The notes: generated by a model not told the origin, from the letters alone. DNA of 64,000 bases from Mytilus trossulus (GCF_036588685.1 NC_086381.1:27838001-27902000), one strand, 5' to 3'. Shown: positions 34,886 through 55,177, counted from the first letter of the stretch. Made by a program: numbers and translations.

Positions 34886-36230
34886 AGTCAACACTACAGA
34901 AACTTCACTTACAACGGCCCTTTTCAGGGCCACCAACATTTTTCAAAAAGAATCTGACTTTGTTGTGCAATCTCAAACATAGCTCACTCCCTCCATTTCT
35001 CTTGTCTTTATCTCTTTATTTTTCCTTTTCTTTATAAACAGCATACAGATGTCTACTTTCTTATTATATATATAACAATATTTGATGTGGAAAAAAAATG
35101 AAGAACAGTACGAGTTTCTTTTTTTCCCCTATAAAAGTCCAAGAAAATAAACAACTATATATAAACGTAGATTCGATGAAAATGCGCAAGCACGAGAGGA
35201 AGAAAAACTCATAGTTGTTAGTGGTCAATATTGCATATATTTTTGGTGTAAATTTAGTTGCAGTCCTATATATTATACTATATAAGCACACACATTACAA
35301 TCTATGACCTTATTTTTATATAATATATATTCGTTCGTTCGTTCGTTCGTTCGTTCGTTCGTTCGTTCGTTCGTTCGTTCGTTCGTTGTCTGTCTAACTG
35401 TGATCTATGTGAATTCTTTTCTTCCTCTTCTGCTGTCACATTCTCTTAGATATATAATATATATTTTGTATTCCTATACAAAGTACTTATGCGTATGTTT
35501 ATAGTTGTGTAGATTATTTTTTAGCTCAAATCCTTTGTATTTGCAAAATTCGTATATAAACAATAAAGAATACTTCAACAATGTGCAAGTTTCCCAGTAT
35601 GCGTGCAGTATACTATATAGAGAATATCATGGCTTTACATGATACAGAGACTAGAGAATACAGACACTGTATAGCTAGAGAGAACACAAAGACTATAGAG
35701 AGGATAAAAAGTGTTCTCTTTGTTTTAAGACACTGAGACGAGTGACAATTGTGTACTATAGTAAGCATGTCTATACGAGAAACTGGCTACACACACTAAG
35801 AAAACGGCTGCATTTCTATACCACTGGCTATTGATGAAAATGGATGGATGATGTTTTTTTTTCTCTTTTTCTTCTTCTATTTTGCTCTTTAATTTACATT
35901 TCCTGTCAATTATTAATTTCGTGTCAGACTGTTGATTAAACAATTATTTATTATTTGAATAAAGATTATTATTAAGTTCTGCATTACTCTTGATTATTAT
36001 TTTTTTTGGTCTTATGTCAAATTTTCGCTGACACTATCAGAATAGAAACAAATTGTGCCAATTGTTAGCTTGGGGTGAACAATCTTTAGCTTCAGTCCAA
36101 AAAGGGATCGAAAGCTGTGAAAGTAACTTCCAGATCAGTCCAATCATAATACAGAGATTTCAACCAATCAACGTGAGTTTTATTACCCCGAAAGGCCAAT
36201 CAGTGTCGTGTTTGCAAACATTGCGGCTAG

Positions 36231-36716
<486 letters not shown>

Positions 36717-38342
36717 ACTGACCTTTACTCTATACAATAACGGCCCTTTTAAGGGCCACCAATATTTTCCAAAAAGAGTCTGAATATGTTGTACATCAAA
36801 ATCAAAAATAGCTGAAACCCCCTCTCCACATCTTTCTTTATTTTTCTTTCTCTCCACATCTCTCTTTATTCTTCTTTCTTATTATCTTTTTTTTTTGCAC
36901 TTAAGATTAGACAAGTCAGGTTACTGTATTGATAGGAGAAAAATATAGAGAAACTTATTTCAAAACATGCAAAGAAAATAAATAAAAGGATAAATAGAGA
37001 GAGAGACATACATATTTTTTATTTATCTAATTCTTCCAAATCCTTCGGGAAAAAACAAGAATGTTATACATTTTCTGGTATACCCTCCTGAAAAAATTAA
37101 CATACATGTATACATTTAAATAAAAAAAAAAAGGTAAGAAAAAACATACTCCAAGAACAATACAATCCATCTTCTAATTACAGAATTATTAAAATGTATT
37201 TCTTTCTAATTTCTGTGGTTATATTTTTCTCTAAATTGCATTTTTCTCGGTCTTATTTTCTCACTTATTTTTTAGATGCTTTTTGTATGTAATTTTTACT
37301 CATATTGTGTATTCTACTGTGACAACATGAGAAGATTCAATTATTTTATATTTCTGAAATATATTTTCGGTACGGGTCCAAGTAGTCCACCTTAAATTCT
37401 CATTGAAAACTTTGTCTCCATCAATTGTGTGTTACAGAAAGAACTTTTTCTTGAATACCTTTATTTTGTGCTTAAAATGCATCTATTTTGGGTGCTCTAT
37501 GTGCCTTATAAATGATGTGAACATGTGTGCGGATGAATCTTTTTTTCCCATTGGTGGAGAAAAATAGACAAGGCGCAATAATTCATTCATTCAATGATGT
37601 ACCAATTGTGGTATTTAAAAAGTGAGGCTGCACTGTGTACATTTCAAAAACCTATGACTACATGTATAAAGTAGCTGCTAAATTTAGAAAGATTCCTAAT
37701 TAGTTGTTAAAAGATGAGCATTGATTGTATACATGTAATAATAACATGTTTGAAATGTGAATTTCCCGGGACATCTTTATTGAAACTGGTAAAGGTGATT
37801 TTGAGAAAAATTATCATGCACACCTGTTTTTATTTACAAGTCTATCTGTCCATGCTTAAATAACTGACTGGTATGCTGTAGATTAGTTTTGCTTTTACTC
37901 TCTTAAGTCTGCAGAGCTGCAGTGGACTATCTCTGAAACTGTATCTTTTGAACAAGAAAAATACTGTATAAAAAGATTTTCTTTAAACTAATTGTTTTTA
38001 TATTGCAATTGCACATTGTTAACTCCTGCTTATGTATGCAGTGTGATATGTTCTTGTATTTTAAGTAAAAGGAAATAAATCTCTTTCACATTGGAAAATA
38101 TAAGAAGTATTAATTGATGATGGAGATCATTAGTTATTTGGTCCATCTCTTATAATCTTTGTATTTTTATTTGTATACAGTTTGAAATATTTTATTTTCA
38201 CATATTTTCAGAGAAGTGGATTGAAAGTGTACAGAATTCCTACAGAGTTACCTCCCCGATTTAGACGAAAACAACCAATCAGGTCCAACCTATCAAAAAT
38301 TCAGTGGTATTTCTTTTAGGGCCGCGTTCATCAGATATATAG

Positions 38343-38708
<366 letters not shown>

Positions 38709-39462
38709 ACAGCCAGCTGAAAAATACAAATACAACGGCCCTTTTCAGGGCCACCAACATTTTTCAAAAAGAATCTGCATTTGTTGTACTTAAAAAGAAA
38801 ACCATAGCTTTCTCCTGTCCAACTTTCTTTACTTTCCTTTTTCTTTTATTCGTTTATTTTTTTTAATTTCTTTTCACTATTTTTATTTAAGCCTATTAAA
38901 AAAAGACCAGCAAGGCTTTGGATACAATATGATTCCTGATTTTTGAATGTAAATAACATTTTTATTCTTTATTTCATATGTATTCTTTTATGTAAAAGAT
39001 ATATTGCTGATTTTTCCTCCATTGTCAAACTCTAGTTATATTGTTTTTATATCCTAAAACAATCCCCCTCCCCCTTTTTTCTCTCTGTCGACGTATGTGT
39101 GAATTTAATCTGTTCGTGATATTTTTTTATATAATGTTTCAATACATATTCAAGTATAGTTCGATTCTAGACCCCCTCCCCCCCAAAAAAAGAGGGAAGA
39201 AATGTATAACCCGTGAAAAGGTTAAATTCTGGTGTATGTATATTTTTTCAAATCGGCTAATAAAATGAAGAATAAAGAAGAGAAAAGAAGAAAGAAAGAA
39301 AGAAAGACAAAAAGACAGAATTCAGATATAAATAAATTTGTCATTTTGGGGTGGGACACAGCTTCATTTAGAAGTTTGTTATGTACAACAATAATAAGAC
39401 TCTTTTTGAAAAATATTGGTGGCCCTGAAAAGGGCCGTTTGTGAAGTTAAACTTCTCGTTGT

Positions 39463-39837
39463 TTACTTGCTGCTGGTGTACTTTGTGACGGCTTTGGTAC
39501 CTTCACTGACAGCGTGCTTGGCCAATTCACCGGGTAGGAGCAGACGAACTGCAGTCTGGATCTCCCGAGATGTGATGGTAGATCTCTTGTTGTAGTGAGC
39601 GAGACGGGAAGCTTCTGCAGCGATTCTCTCAAAGATATCGTTGACAAAACTGTTCATGATAGACATAGCCTTTGAGGATACTCCAGTGTCTGGGTGCACC
39701 TGTCTCAAGACTTTGTAGATGTAGATGGCATAGGATTCTCTCCTCTTCCTCCTCCTTTTCTTGTCACCGCCGGGTCTGGCAGTCTTTGCCTTTGTTACGG
39801 CCTTTTTGGCTCCTTTGGTTCCAACTTTTGGTGGCAT
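39463..39837 (-). CDS. H2B: Histone H2B
   Basis: 124-aa H2B. Confidence 0.99.
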   Translation of the reverse strand: MPPKVGTKGAKKAVTKAKTARPGGDKKRRRKRRESYAIYIYKVLRQVHPDTGVSSKAMSIMNSFVNDIFERIAAEASRLAHYNKRSTITSREIQTAVRLLLPGELAKHAVSEGTKAVTKYTSSK

Positions 39838-40114
39838 TTTTGACAGATGTATACTCTCTGAAATGTAATCAGTGAATGATGGCCGTAAATAAAAATTTCT
39901 ATTTATACTCGGCAAAACGGATTGAAAGTTTTTACTTAACGCGAACTTCGGAGAGAGCACCTTCTAACATTCAACCTAACTACCTGGAAGAAGCGATGAT
40001 TTGATTGGTTTAGAACTGAAACATCTTTCAATCCGTTTTGCGGGTATAAATAGTAAAATACCACCTAACGGGGTAATCATTGTTTATACTTGTTCAAGTC
40101 AAACAACGTATTAA

Positions 40115-40498
<384 letters not shown>

Positions 40499-41843
40499 AG
40501 TCAACACTACAGAAACTTCACTTACAACGGCCCTTTTCAGGGCCACCAACATTTTTCAAAAAGAATCTGACTTTGTTGTGCAATCTCAAACATAGCTCAC
40601 TCCCTCCATTTCTCTTGTCTTTATCTCTTTATTTTTCCTTTTCTTTATAAACAGCATACAGATGTCTACTTTCTTATTATATATATAACAATATTTGATG
40701 TGGAAAAAAAATGAAGAACAGTACGAGTTTCTTTTTTTCCCCTATAAAAGTCCAAGAAAATAAACAACTATATATAAACGTAGATTCGATGAAAATGCGC
40801 AAGCACGAGAGGAAGAAAAACTCATAGTTGTTAGTGGTCAATATTGCATATATTTTTGGTGTAAATTTAGTTGCAGTCCTATATATTATACTATATAAGC
40901 ACACACATTACAATCTATGACCTTATTTTTATATAATATATATTCGTTCGTTCGTTCGTTCGTTCGTTCGTTCGTTCGTTCGTTCGTTCGTTCGTTCGTT
41001 GTCTGTCTAACTGTGATCTATGTGAATTCTTTTCTTCCTCTTCTGCTGTCACATTCTCTTAGATATATAATATATATTTTGTATTCCTATACAAAGTACT
41101 TATGCGTATGTTTATAGTTGTGTAGATTATTTTTTAGCTCAAATCCTTTGTATTTGCAAAATTCGTATATAAACAATAAAGAATACTTCAACAATGTGCA
41201 AGTTTCCCAGTATGCGTGCAGTATACTATATAGAGAATATCATGGCTTTACATGATACAGAGACTAGAGAATACAGACACTGTATAGCTAGAGAGAACAC
41301 AAAGACTATAGAGAGGATAAAAAGTGTTCTCTTTGTTTTAAGACACTGAGACGAGTGACAATTGTGTACTATAGTAAGCATGTCTATACGAGAAACTGGC
41401 TACACACACTAAGAAAACGGCTGCATTTCTATACCACTGGCTATTGATGAAAATGGATGGATGATGTTTTTTTTTCTCTTTTTCTTCTTCTATTTTGCTC
41501 TTTAATTTACATTTCCTGTCAATTATTAATTTCGTGTCAGACTGTTGATTAAACAATTATTTATTATTTGAATAAAGATTATTATTAAGTTCTGCATTAC
41601 TCTTGATTATTATTTTTTTTGGTCTTATGTCAAATTTTCGCTGACACTATCAGAATAGAAACAAATTGTGCCAATTGTTAGCTTGGGGTGAACAATCTTT
41701 AGCTTCAGTCCAAAAAGGGATCGAAAGCTGTGAAAGTAACTTCCAGATCAGTCCAATCATAATACAGAGATTTCAACCAATCAACGTGAGTTTTATTACC
41801 CCGAAAGGCCAATCAGTGTCGTGTTTGCAAACATTGCGGCTAG

Positions 41844-42329
<486 letters not shown>

Positions 42330-43955
42330 ACTGACCTTTACTCTATACAATAACGGCCCTTTTAAGGGCCACCAATATTTTCCAAAAAGAGTCTGAATAT
42401 GTTGTACATCAAAATCAAAAATAGCTGAAACCCCCTCTCCACATCTTTCTTTATTTTTCTTTCTCTCCACATCTCTCTTTATTCTTCTTTCTTATTATCT
42501 TTTTTTTTTGCACTTAAGATTAGACAAGTCAGGTTACTGTATTGATAGGAGAAAAATATAGAGAAACTTATTTCAAAACATGCAAAGAAAATAAATAAAA
42601 GGATAAATAGAGAGAGAGACATACATATTTTTTATTTATCTAATTCTTCCAAATCCTTCGGGAAAAAACAAGAATGTTATACATTTTCTGGTATACCCTC
42701 CTGAAAAAATTAACATACATGTATACATTTAAATAAAAAAAAAAAGGTAAGAAAAAACATACTCCAAGAACAATACAATCCATCTTCTAATTACAGAATT
42801 ATTAAAATGTATTTCTTTCTAATTTCTGTGGTTATATTTTTCTCTAAATTGCATTTTTCTCGGTCTTATTTTCTCACTTATTTTTTAGATGCTTTTTGTA
42901 TGTAATTTTTACTCATATTGTGTATTCTACTGTGACAACATGAGAAGATTCAATTATTTTATATTTCTGAAATATATTTTCGGTACGGGTCCAAGTAGTC
43001 CACCTTAAATTCTCATTGAAAACTTTGTCTCCATCAATTGTGTGTTACAGAAAGAACTTTTTCTTGAATACCTTTATTTTGTGCTTAAAATGCATCTATT
43101 TTGGGTGCTCTATGTGCCTTATAAATGATGTGAACATGTGTGCGGATGAATCTTTTTTTCCCATTGGTGGAGAAAAATAGACAAGGCGCAATAATTCATT
43201 CATTCAATGATGTACCAATTGTGGTATTTAAAAAGTGAGGCTGCACTGTGTACATTTCAAAAACCTATGACTACATGTATAAAGTAGCTGCTAAATTTAG
43301 AAAGATTCCTAATTAGTTGTTAAAAGATGAGCATTGATTGTATACATGTAATAATAACATGTTTGAAATGTGAATTTCCCGGGACATCTTTATTGAAACT
43401 GGTAAAGGTGATTTTGAGAAAAATTATCATGCACACCTGTTTTTATTTACAAGTCTATCTGTCCATGCTTAAATAACTGACTGGTATGCTGTAGATTAGT
43501 TTTGCTTTTACTCTCTTAAGTCTGCAGAGCTGCAGTGGACTATCTCTGAAACTGTATCTTTTGAACAAGAAAAATACTGTATAAAAAGATTTTCTTTAAA
43601 CTAATTGTTTTTATATTGCAATTGCACATTGTTAACTCCTGCTTATGTATGCAGTGTGATATGTTCTTGTATTTTAAGTAAAAGGAAATAAATCTCTTTC
43701 ACATTGGAAAATATAAGAAGTATTAATTGATGATGGAGATCATTAGTTATTTGGTCCATCTCTTATAATCTTTGTATTTTTATTTGTATACAGTTTGAAA
43801 TATTTTATTTTCACATATTTTCAGAGAAGTGGATTGAAAGTGTACAGAATTCCTACAGAGTTACCTCCCCGATTTAGACGAAAACAACCAATCAGGTCCA
43901 ACCTATCAAAAATTCAGTGGTATTTCTTTTAGGGCCGCGTTCATCAGATATATAG

Positions 43956-44321
<366 letters not shown>

Positions 44322-45071
44322 ACAGCCAGCTGAAAAATACAAATACAACGGCCCTTTTCAGGGCCACCAACATTTTTCAAAAAGAATCTGCATTTGTTGT
44401 ACTTAAAAAGAAAACCATAGCTTTCTCCTGTCCAACTTTCTTTACTTTCCTTTTTCTTTTATTCGTTTATTTTTTTTAATTTCTTTTCACTATTTTTATT
44501 TAAGCCTATTAAAAAAAGACCAGCAAGGCTTTGGATACAATATGATTCCTGATTTTTGAATGTAAATAACATTTTTATTCTTTATTTCATATGTATTCTT
44601 TTATGTAAAAGATATATTGCTGATTTTTCCTCCATTGTCAAACTCTAGTTATATTGTTTTTATATCCTAAAACAATCCCCCTCCCCCTTTTTTCTCTCTG
44701 TCGACGTATGTGTGAATTTAATCTGTTCGTGATATTTTTTTATATAATGTTTCAATACATATTCAAGTATAGTTCGATTCTAGACCCCCTCCCCCCCAAA
44801 AAAAGAGGGAAGAAATGTATAACCCGTGAAAAGGTTAAATTCTGGTGTATGTATATTTTTTCAAATCGGCTAATAAAATGAAGAATAAAGAAGAGAAAAG
44901 AAGAAAGAAAGAAAGACAAAAAGACAGAATTCAGATATAAATAAATTTGTCATTTTGGGGTGGGACACAGCTTCATTTAGAAGTTTGTTATGTACAACAA
45001 TAATAAGACTCTTTTTGAAAAATATTGGTGGCCCTGAAAAGGGCCGTTTGTGAAGTTAAACTTCTCGTTGT

Positions 45072-45446
45072 TTACTTGCTGCTGGTGTACTTTGTGACGG
45101 CTTTGGTACCTTCACTGACAGCGTGCTTGGCCAATTCACCGGGTAGGAGCAGACGAACTGCAGTCTGGATCTCCCGAGATGTGATGGTAGATCTCTTGTT
45201 GTAGTGAGCGAGACGGGAAGCTTCTGCAGCGATTCTCTCAAAGATATCGTTGACAAAACTGTTCATGATAGACATAGCCTTTGAGGATACTCCAGTGTCT
45301 GGGTGCACCTGTCTCAAGACTTTGTAGATGTAGATGGCATAGGATTCTCTCCTCTTCCTCCTCCTTTTCTTGTCACCGCCGGGTCTGGCAGTCTTTGCCT
45401 TTGTTACGGCCTTTTTGGCTCCTTTGGTTCCAACTTTTGGTGGCAT
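45072..45446 (-). CDS. H2B: Histone H2B
   Basis: 124-aa H2B. Confidence 0.99.
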   Translation of the reverse strand: MPPKVGTKGAKKAVTKAKTARPGGDKKRRRKRRESYAIYIYKVLRQVHPDTGVSSKAMSIMNSFVNDIFERIAAEASRLAHYNKRSTITSREIQTAVRLLLPGELAKHAVSEGTKAVTKYTSSK

Positions 45447-45723
45447 TTTTGACAGATGTATACTCTCTGAAATGTAATCAGTGAATGATGGCCGTAAATA
45501 AAAATTTCTATTTATACTCGGCAAAACGGATTGAAAGTTTTTACTTAACGCGAACTTCGGAGAGAGCACCTTCTAACATTCAACCTAACTACCTGGAAGA
45601 AGCGATGATTTGATTGGTTTAGAACTGAAACATCTTTCAATCCGTTTTGCGGGTATAAATAGTAAAATACCACCTAACGGGGTAATCATTGTTTATACTT
45701 GTTCAAGTCAAACAACGTATTAA

Positions 45724-46107
<384 letters not shown>

Positions 46108-47452
46108 AGTCAACACTACAGAAACTTCACTTACAACGGCCCTTTTCAGGGCCACCAACATTTTTCAAAAAGAATCTGACTTTGTTGTGCAATCTCAAAC
46201 ATAGCTCACTCCCTCCATTTCTCTTGTCTTTATCTCTTTATTTTTCCTTTTCTTTATAAACAGCATACAGATGTCTACTTTCTTATTATATATATAACAA
46301 TATTTGATGTGGAAAAAAAATGAAGAACAGTACGAGTTTCTTTTTTTCCCCTATAAAAGTCCAAGAAAATAAACAACTATATATAAACGTAGATTCGATG
46401 AAAATGCGCAAGCACGAGAGGAAGAAAAACTCATAGTTGTTAGTGGTCAATATTGCATATATTTTTGGTGTAAATTTAGTTGCAGTCCTATATATTATAC
46501 TATATAAGCACACACATTACAATCTATGACCTTATTTTTATATAATATATATTCGTTCGTTCGTTCGTTCGTTCGTTCGTTCGTTCGTTCGTTCGTTCGT
46601 TCGTTCGTTGTCTGTCTAACTGTGATCTATGTGAATTCTTTTCTTCCTCTTCTGCTGTCACATTCTCTTAGATATATAATATATATTTTGTATTCCTATA
46701 CAAAGTACTTATGCGTATGTTTATAGTTGTGTAGATTATTTTTTAGCTCAAATCCTTTGTATTTGCAAAATTCGTATATAAACAATAAAGAATACTTCAA
46801 CAATGTGCAAGTTTCCCAGTATGCGTGCAGTATACTATATAGAGAATATCATGGCTTTACATGATACAGAGACTAGAGAATACAGACACTGTATAGCTAG
46901 AGAGAACACAAAGACTATAGAGAGGATAAAAAGTGTTCTCTTTGTTTTAAGACACTGAGACGAGTGACAATTGTGTACTATAGTAAGCATGTCTATACGA
47001 GAAACTGGCTACACACACTAAGAAAACGGCTGCATTTCTATACCACTGGCTATTGATGAAAATGGATGGATGATGTTTTTTTTTCTCTTTTTCTTCTTCT
47101 ATTTTGCTCTTTAATTTACATTTCCTGTCAATTATTAATTTCGTGTCAGACTGTTGATTAAACAATTATTTATTATTTGAATAAAGATTATTATTAAGTT
47201 CTGCATTACTCTTGATTATTATTTTTTTTGGTCTTATGTCAAATTTTCGCTGACACTATCAGAATAGAAACAAATTGTGCCAATTGTTAGCTTGGGGTGA
47301 ACAATCTTTAGCTTCAGTCCAAAAAGGGATCGAAAGCTGTGAAAGTAACTTCCAGATCAGTCCAATCATAATACAGAGATTTCAACCAATCAACGTGAGT
47401 TTTATTACCCCGAAAGGCCAATCAGTGTCGTGTTTGCAAACATTGCGGCTAG

Positions 47453-47938
<486 letters not shown>

Positions 47939-49564
47939 ACTGACCTTTACTCTATACAATAACGGCCCTTTTAAGGGCCACCAATATTTTCCAAAAAGAG
48001 TCTGAATATGTTGTACATCAAAATCAAAAATAGCTGAAACCCCCTCTCCACATCTTTCTTTATTTTTCTTTCTCTCCACATCTCTCTTTATTCTTCTTTC
48101 TTATTATCTTTTTTTTTTGCACTTAAGATTAGACAAGTCAGGTTACTGTATTGATAGGAGAAAAATATAGAGAAACTTATTTCAAAACATGCAAAGAAAA
48201 TAAATAAAAGGATAAATAGAGAGAGAGACATACATATTTTTTATTTATCTAATTCTTCCAAATCCTTCGGGAAAAAACAAGAATGTTATACATTTTCTGG
48301 TATACCCTCCTGAAAAAATTAACATACATGTATACATTTAAATAAAAAAAAAAAGGTAAGAAAAAACATACTCCAAGAACAATACAATCCATCTTCTAAT
48401 TACAGAATTATTAAAATGTATTTCTTTCTAATTTCTGTGGTTATATTTTTCTCTAAATTGCATTTTTCTCGGTCTTATTTTCTCACTTATTTTTTAGATG
48501 CTTTTTGTATGTAATTTTTACTCATATTGTGTATTCTACTGTGACAACATGAGAAGATTCAATTATTTTATATTTCTGAAATATATTTTCGGTACGGGTC
48601 CAAGTAGTCCACCTTAAATTCTCATTGAAAACTTTGTCTCCATCAATTGTGTGTTACAGAAAGAACTTTTTCTTGAATACCTTTATTTTGTGCTTAAAAT
48701 GCATCTATTTTGGGTGCTCTATGTGCCTTATAAATGATGTGAACATGTGTGCGGATGAATCTTTTTTTCCCATTGGTGGAGAAAAATAGACAAGGCGCAA
48801 TAATTCATTCATTCAATGATGTACCAATTGTGGTATTTAAAAAGTGAGGCTGCACTGTGTACATTTCAAAAACCTATGACTACATGTATAAAGTAGCTGC
48901 TAAATTTAGAAAGATTCCTAATTAGTTGTTAAAAGATGAGCATTGATTGTATACATGTAATAATAACATGTTTGAAATGTGAATTTCCCGGGACATCTTT
49001 ATTGAAACTGGTAAAGGTGATTTTGAGAAAAATTATCATGCACACCTGTTTTTATTTACAAGTCTATCTGTCCATGCTTAAATAACTGACTGGTATGCTG
49101 TAGATTAGTTTTGCTTTTACTCTCTTAAGTCTGCAGAGCTGCAGTGGACTATCTCTGAAACTGTATCTTTTGAACAAGAAAAATACTGTATAAAAAGATT
49201 TTCTTTAAACTAATTGTTTTTATATTGCAATTGCACATTGTTAACTCCTGCTTATGTATGCAGTGTGATATGTTCTTGTATTTTAAGTAAAAGGAAATAA
49301 ATCTCTTTCACATTGGAAAATATAAGAAGTATTAATTGATGATGGAGATCATTAGTTATTTGGTCCATCTCTTATAATCTTTGTATTTTTATTTGTATAC
49401 AGTTTGAAATATTTTATTTTCACATATTTTCAGAGAAGTGGATTGAAAGTGTACAGAATTCCTACAGAGTTACCTCCCCGATTTAGACGAAAACAACCAA
49501 TCAGGTCCAACCTATCAAAAATTCAGTGGTATTTCTTTTAGGGCCGCGTTCATCAGATATATAG

Positions 49565-49930
<366 letters not shown>

Positions 49931-50684
49931 ACAGCCAGCTGAAAAATACAAATACAACGGCCCTTTTCAGGGCCACCAACATTTTTCAAAAAGAATCTGC
50001 ATTTGTTGTACTTAAAAAGAAAACCATAGCTTTCTCCTGTCCAACTTTCTTTACTTTCCTTTTTCTTTTATTCGTTTATTTTTTTTAATTTCTTTTCACT
50101 ATTTTTATTTAAGCCTATTAAAAAAAGACCAGCAAGGCTTTGGATACAATATGATTCCTGATTTTTGAATGTAAATAACATTTTTATTCTTTATTTCATA
50201 TGTATTCTTTTATGTAAAAGATATATTGCTGATTTTTCCTCCATTGTCAAACTCTAGTTATATTGTTTTTATATCCTAAAACAATCCCCCTCCCCCTTTT
50301 TTCTCTCTGTCGACGTATGTGTGAATTTAATCTGTTCGTGATATTTTTTTATATAATGTTTCAATACATATTCAAGTATAGTTCGATTCTAGACCCCCTC
50401 CCCCCCAAAAAAAGAGGGAAGAAATGTATAACCCGTGAAAAGGTTAAATTCTGGTGTATGTATATTTTTTCAAATCGGCTAATAAAATGAAGAATAAAGA
50501 AGAGAAAAGAAGAAAGAAAGAAAGAAAGACAAAAAGACAGAATTCAGATATAAATAAATTTGTCATTTTGGGGTGGGACACAGCTTCATTTAGAAGTTTG
50601 TTATGTACAACAATAATAAGACTCTTTTTGAAAAATATTGGTGGCCCTGAAAAGGGCCGTTTGTGAAGTTAAACTTCTCGTTGT

Positions 50685-51059
50685 TTACTTGCTGCTGGTG
50701 TACTTTGTGACGGCTTTGGTACCTTCACTGACAGCGTGCTTGGCCAATTCACCGGGTAGGAGCAGACGAACTGCAGTCTGGATCTCCCGAGATGTGATGG
50801 TAGATCTCTTGTTGTAGTGAGCGAGACGGGAAGCTTCTGCAGCGATTCTCTCAAAGATATCGTTGACAAAACTGTTCATGATAGACATAGCCTTTGAGGA
50901 TACTCCAGTGTCTGGGTGCACCTGTCTCAAGACTTTGTAGATGTAGATGGCATAGGATTCTCTCCTCTTCCTCCTCCTTTTCTTGTCACCGCCGGGTCTG
51001 GCAGTCTTTGCCTTTGTTACGGCCTTTTTGGCTCCTTTGGTTCCAACTTTTGGTGGCAT
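50685..51059 (-). CDS. H2B: Histone H2B
   Basis: 124-aa H2B. Confidence 0.99.
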   Translation of the reverse strand: MPPKVGTKGAKKAVTKAKTARPGGDKKRRRKRRESYAIYIYKVLRQVHPDTGVSSKAMSIMNSFVNDIFERIAAEASRLAHYNKRSTITSREIQTAVRLLLPGELAKHAVSEGTKAVTKYTSSK

Positions 51060-51336
51060 TTTTGACAGATGTATACTCTCTGAAATGTAATCAGTGAATG
51101 ATGGCCGTAAATAAAAATTTCTATTTATACTCGGCAAAACGGATTGAAAGTTTTTACTTAACGCGAACTTCGGAGAGAGCACCTTCTAACATTCAACCTA
51201 ACTACCTGGAAGAAGCGATGATTTGATTGGTTTAGAACTGAAACATCTTTCAATCCGTTTTGCGGGTATAAATAGTAAAATACCACCTAACGGGGTAATC
51301 ATTGTTTATACTTGTTCAAGTCAAACAACGTATTAA

Positions 51337-51720
<384 letters not shown>

Positions 51721-53065
51721 AGTCAACACTACAGAAACTTCACTTACAACGGCCCTTTTCAGGGCCACCAACATTTTTCAAAAAGAATCTGACTTTGTTG
51801 TGCAATCTCAAACATAGCTCACTCCCTCCATTTCTCTTGTCTTTATCTCTTTATTTTTCCTTTTCTTTATAAACAGCATACAGATGTCTACTTTCTTATT
51901 ATATATATAACAATATTTGATGTGGAAAAAAAATGAAGAACAGTACGAGTTTCTTTTTTTCCCCTATAAAAGTCCAAGAAAATAAACAACTATATATAAA
52001 CGTAGATTCGATGAAAATGCGCAAGCACGAGAGGAAGAAAAACTCATAGTTGTTAGTGGTCAATATTGCATATATTTTTGGTGTAAATTTAGTTGCAGTC
52101 CTATATATTATACTATATAAGCACACACATTACAATCTATGACCTTATTTTTATATAATATATATTCGTTCGTTCGTTCGTTCGTTCGTTCGTTCGTTCG
52201 TTCGTTCGTTCGTTCGTTCGTTGTCTGTCTAACTGTGATCTATGTGAATTCTTTTCTTCCTCTTCTGCTGTCACATTCTCTTAGATATATAATATATATT
52301 TTGTATTCCTATACAAAGTACTTATGCGTATGTTTATAGTTGTGTAGATTATTTTTTAGCTCAAATCCTTTGTATTTGCAAAATTCGTATATAAACAATA
52401 AAGAATACTTCAACAATGTGCAAGTTTCCCAGTATGCGTGCAGTATACTATATAGAGAATATCATGGCTTTACATGATACAGAGACTAGAGAATACAGAC
52501 ACTGTATAGCTAGAGAGAACACAAAGACTATAGAGAGGATAAAAAGTGTTCTCTTTGTTTTAAGACACTGAGACGAGTGACAATTGTGTACTATAGTAAG
52601 CATGTCTATACGAGAAACTGGCTACACACACTAAGAAAACGGCTGCATTTCTATACCACTGGCTATTGATGAAAATGGATGGATGATGTTTTTTTTTCTC
52701 TTTTTCTTCTTCTATTTTGCTCTTTAATTTACATTTCCTGTCAATTATTAATTTCGTGTCAGACTGTTGATTAAACAATTATTTATTATTTGAATAAAGA
52801 TTATTATTAAGTTCTGCATTACTCTTGATTATTATTTTTTTTGGTCTTATGTCAAATTTTCGCTGACACTATCAGAATAGAAACAAATTGTGCCAATTGT
52901 TAGCTTGGGGTGAACAATCTTTAGCTTCAGTCCAAAAAGGGATCGAAAGCTGTGAAAGTAACTTCCAGATCAGTCCAATCATAATACAGAGATTTCAACC
53001 AATCAACGTGAGTTTTATTACCCCGAAAGGCCAATCAGTGTCGTGTTTGCAAACATTGCGGCTAG

Positions 53066-53551
<486 letters not shown>

Positions 53552-55177
53552 ACTGACCTTTACTCTATACAATAACGGCCCTTTTAAGGGCCACCAATAT
53601 TTTCCAAAAAGAGTCTGAATATGTTGTACATCAAAATCAAAAATAGCTGAAACCCCCTCTCCACATCTTTCTTTATTTTTCTTTCTCTCCACATCTCTCT
53701 TTATTCTTCTTTCTTATTATCTTTTTTTTTTGCACTTAAGATTAGACAAGTCAGGTTACTGTATTGATAGGAGAAAAATATAGAGAAACTTATTTCAAAA
53801 CATGCAAAGAAAATAAATAAAAGGATAAATAGAGAGAGAGACATACATATTTTTTATTTATCTAATTCTTCCAAATCCTTCGGGAAAAAACAAGAATGTT
53901 ATACATTTTCTGGTATACCCTCCTGAAAAAATTAACATACATGTATACATTTAAATAAAAAAAAAAAGGTAAGAAAAAACATACTCCAAGAACAATACAA
54001 TCCATCTTCTAATTACAGAATTATTAAAATGTATTTCTTTCTAATTTCTGTGGTTATATTTTTCTCTAAATTGCATTTTTCTCGGTCTTATTTTCTCACT
54101 TATTTTTTAGATGCTTTTTGTATGTAATTTTTACTCATATTGTGTATTCTACTGTGACAACATGAGAAGATTCAATTATTTTATATTTCTGAAATATATT
54201 TTCGGTACGGGTCCAAGTAGTCCACCTTAAATTCTCATTGAAAACTTTGTCTCCATCAATTGTGTGTTACAGAAAGAACTTTTTCTTGAATACCTTTATT
54301 TTGTGCTTAAAATGCATCTATTTTGGGTGCTCTATGTGCCTTATAAATGATGTGAACATGTGTGCGGATGAATCTTTTTTTCCCATTGGTGGAGAAAAAT
54401 AGACAAGGCGCAATAATTCATTCATTCAATGATGTACCAATTGTGGTATTTAAAAAGTGAGGCTGCACTGTGTACATTTCAAAAACCTATGACTACATGT
54501 ATAAAGTAGCTGCTAAATTTAGAAAGATTCCTAATTAGTTGTTAAAAGATGAGCATTGATTGTATACATGTAATAATAACATGTTTGAAATGTGAATTTC
54601 CCGGGACATCTTTATTGAAACTGGTAAAGGTGATTTTGAGAAAAATTATCATGCACACCTGTTTTTATTTACAAGTCTATCTGTCCATGCTTAAATAACT
54701 GACTGGTATGCTGTAGATTAGTTTTGCTTTTACTCTCTTAAGTCTGCAGAGCTGCAGTGGACTATCTCTGAAACTGTATCTTTTGAACAAGAAAAATACT
54801 GTATAAAAAGATTTTCTTTAAACTAATTGTTTTTATATTGCAATTGCACATTGTTAACTCCTGCTTATGTATGCAGTGTGATATGTTCTTGTATTTTAAG
54901 TAAAAGGAAATAAATCTCTTTCACATTGGAAAATATAAGAAGTATTAATTGATGATGGAGATCATTAGTTATTTGGTCCATCTCTTATAATCTTTGTATT
55001 TTTATTTGTATACAGTTTGAAATATTTTATTTTCACATATTTTCAGAGAAGTGGATTGAAAGTGTACAGAATTCCTACAGAGTTACCTCCCCGATTTAGA
55101 CGAAAACAACCAATCAGGTCCAACCTATCAAAAATTCAGTGGTATTTCTTTTAGGGCCGCGTTCATCAGATATATAG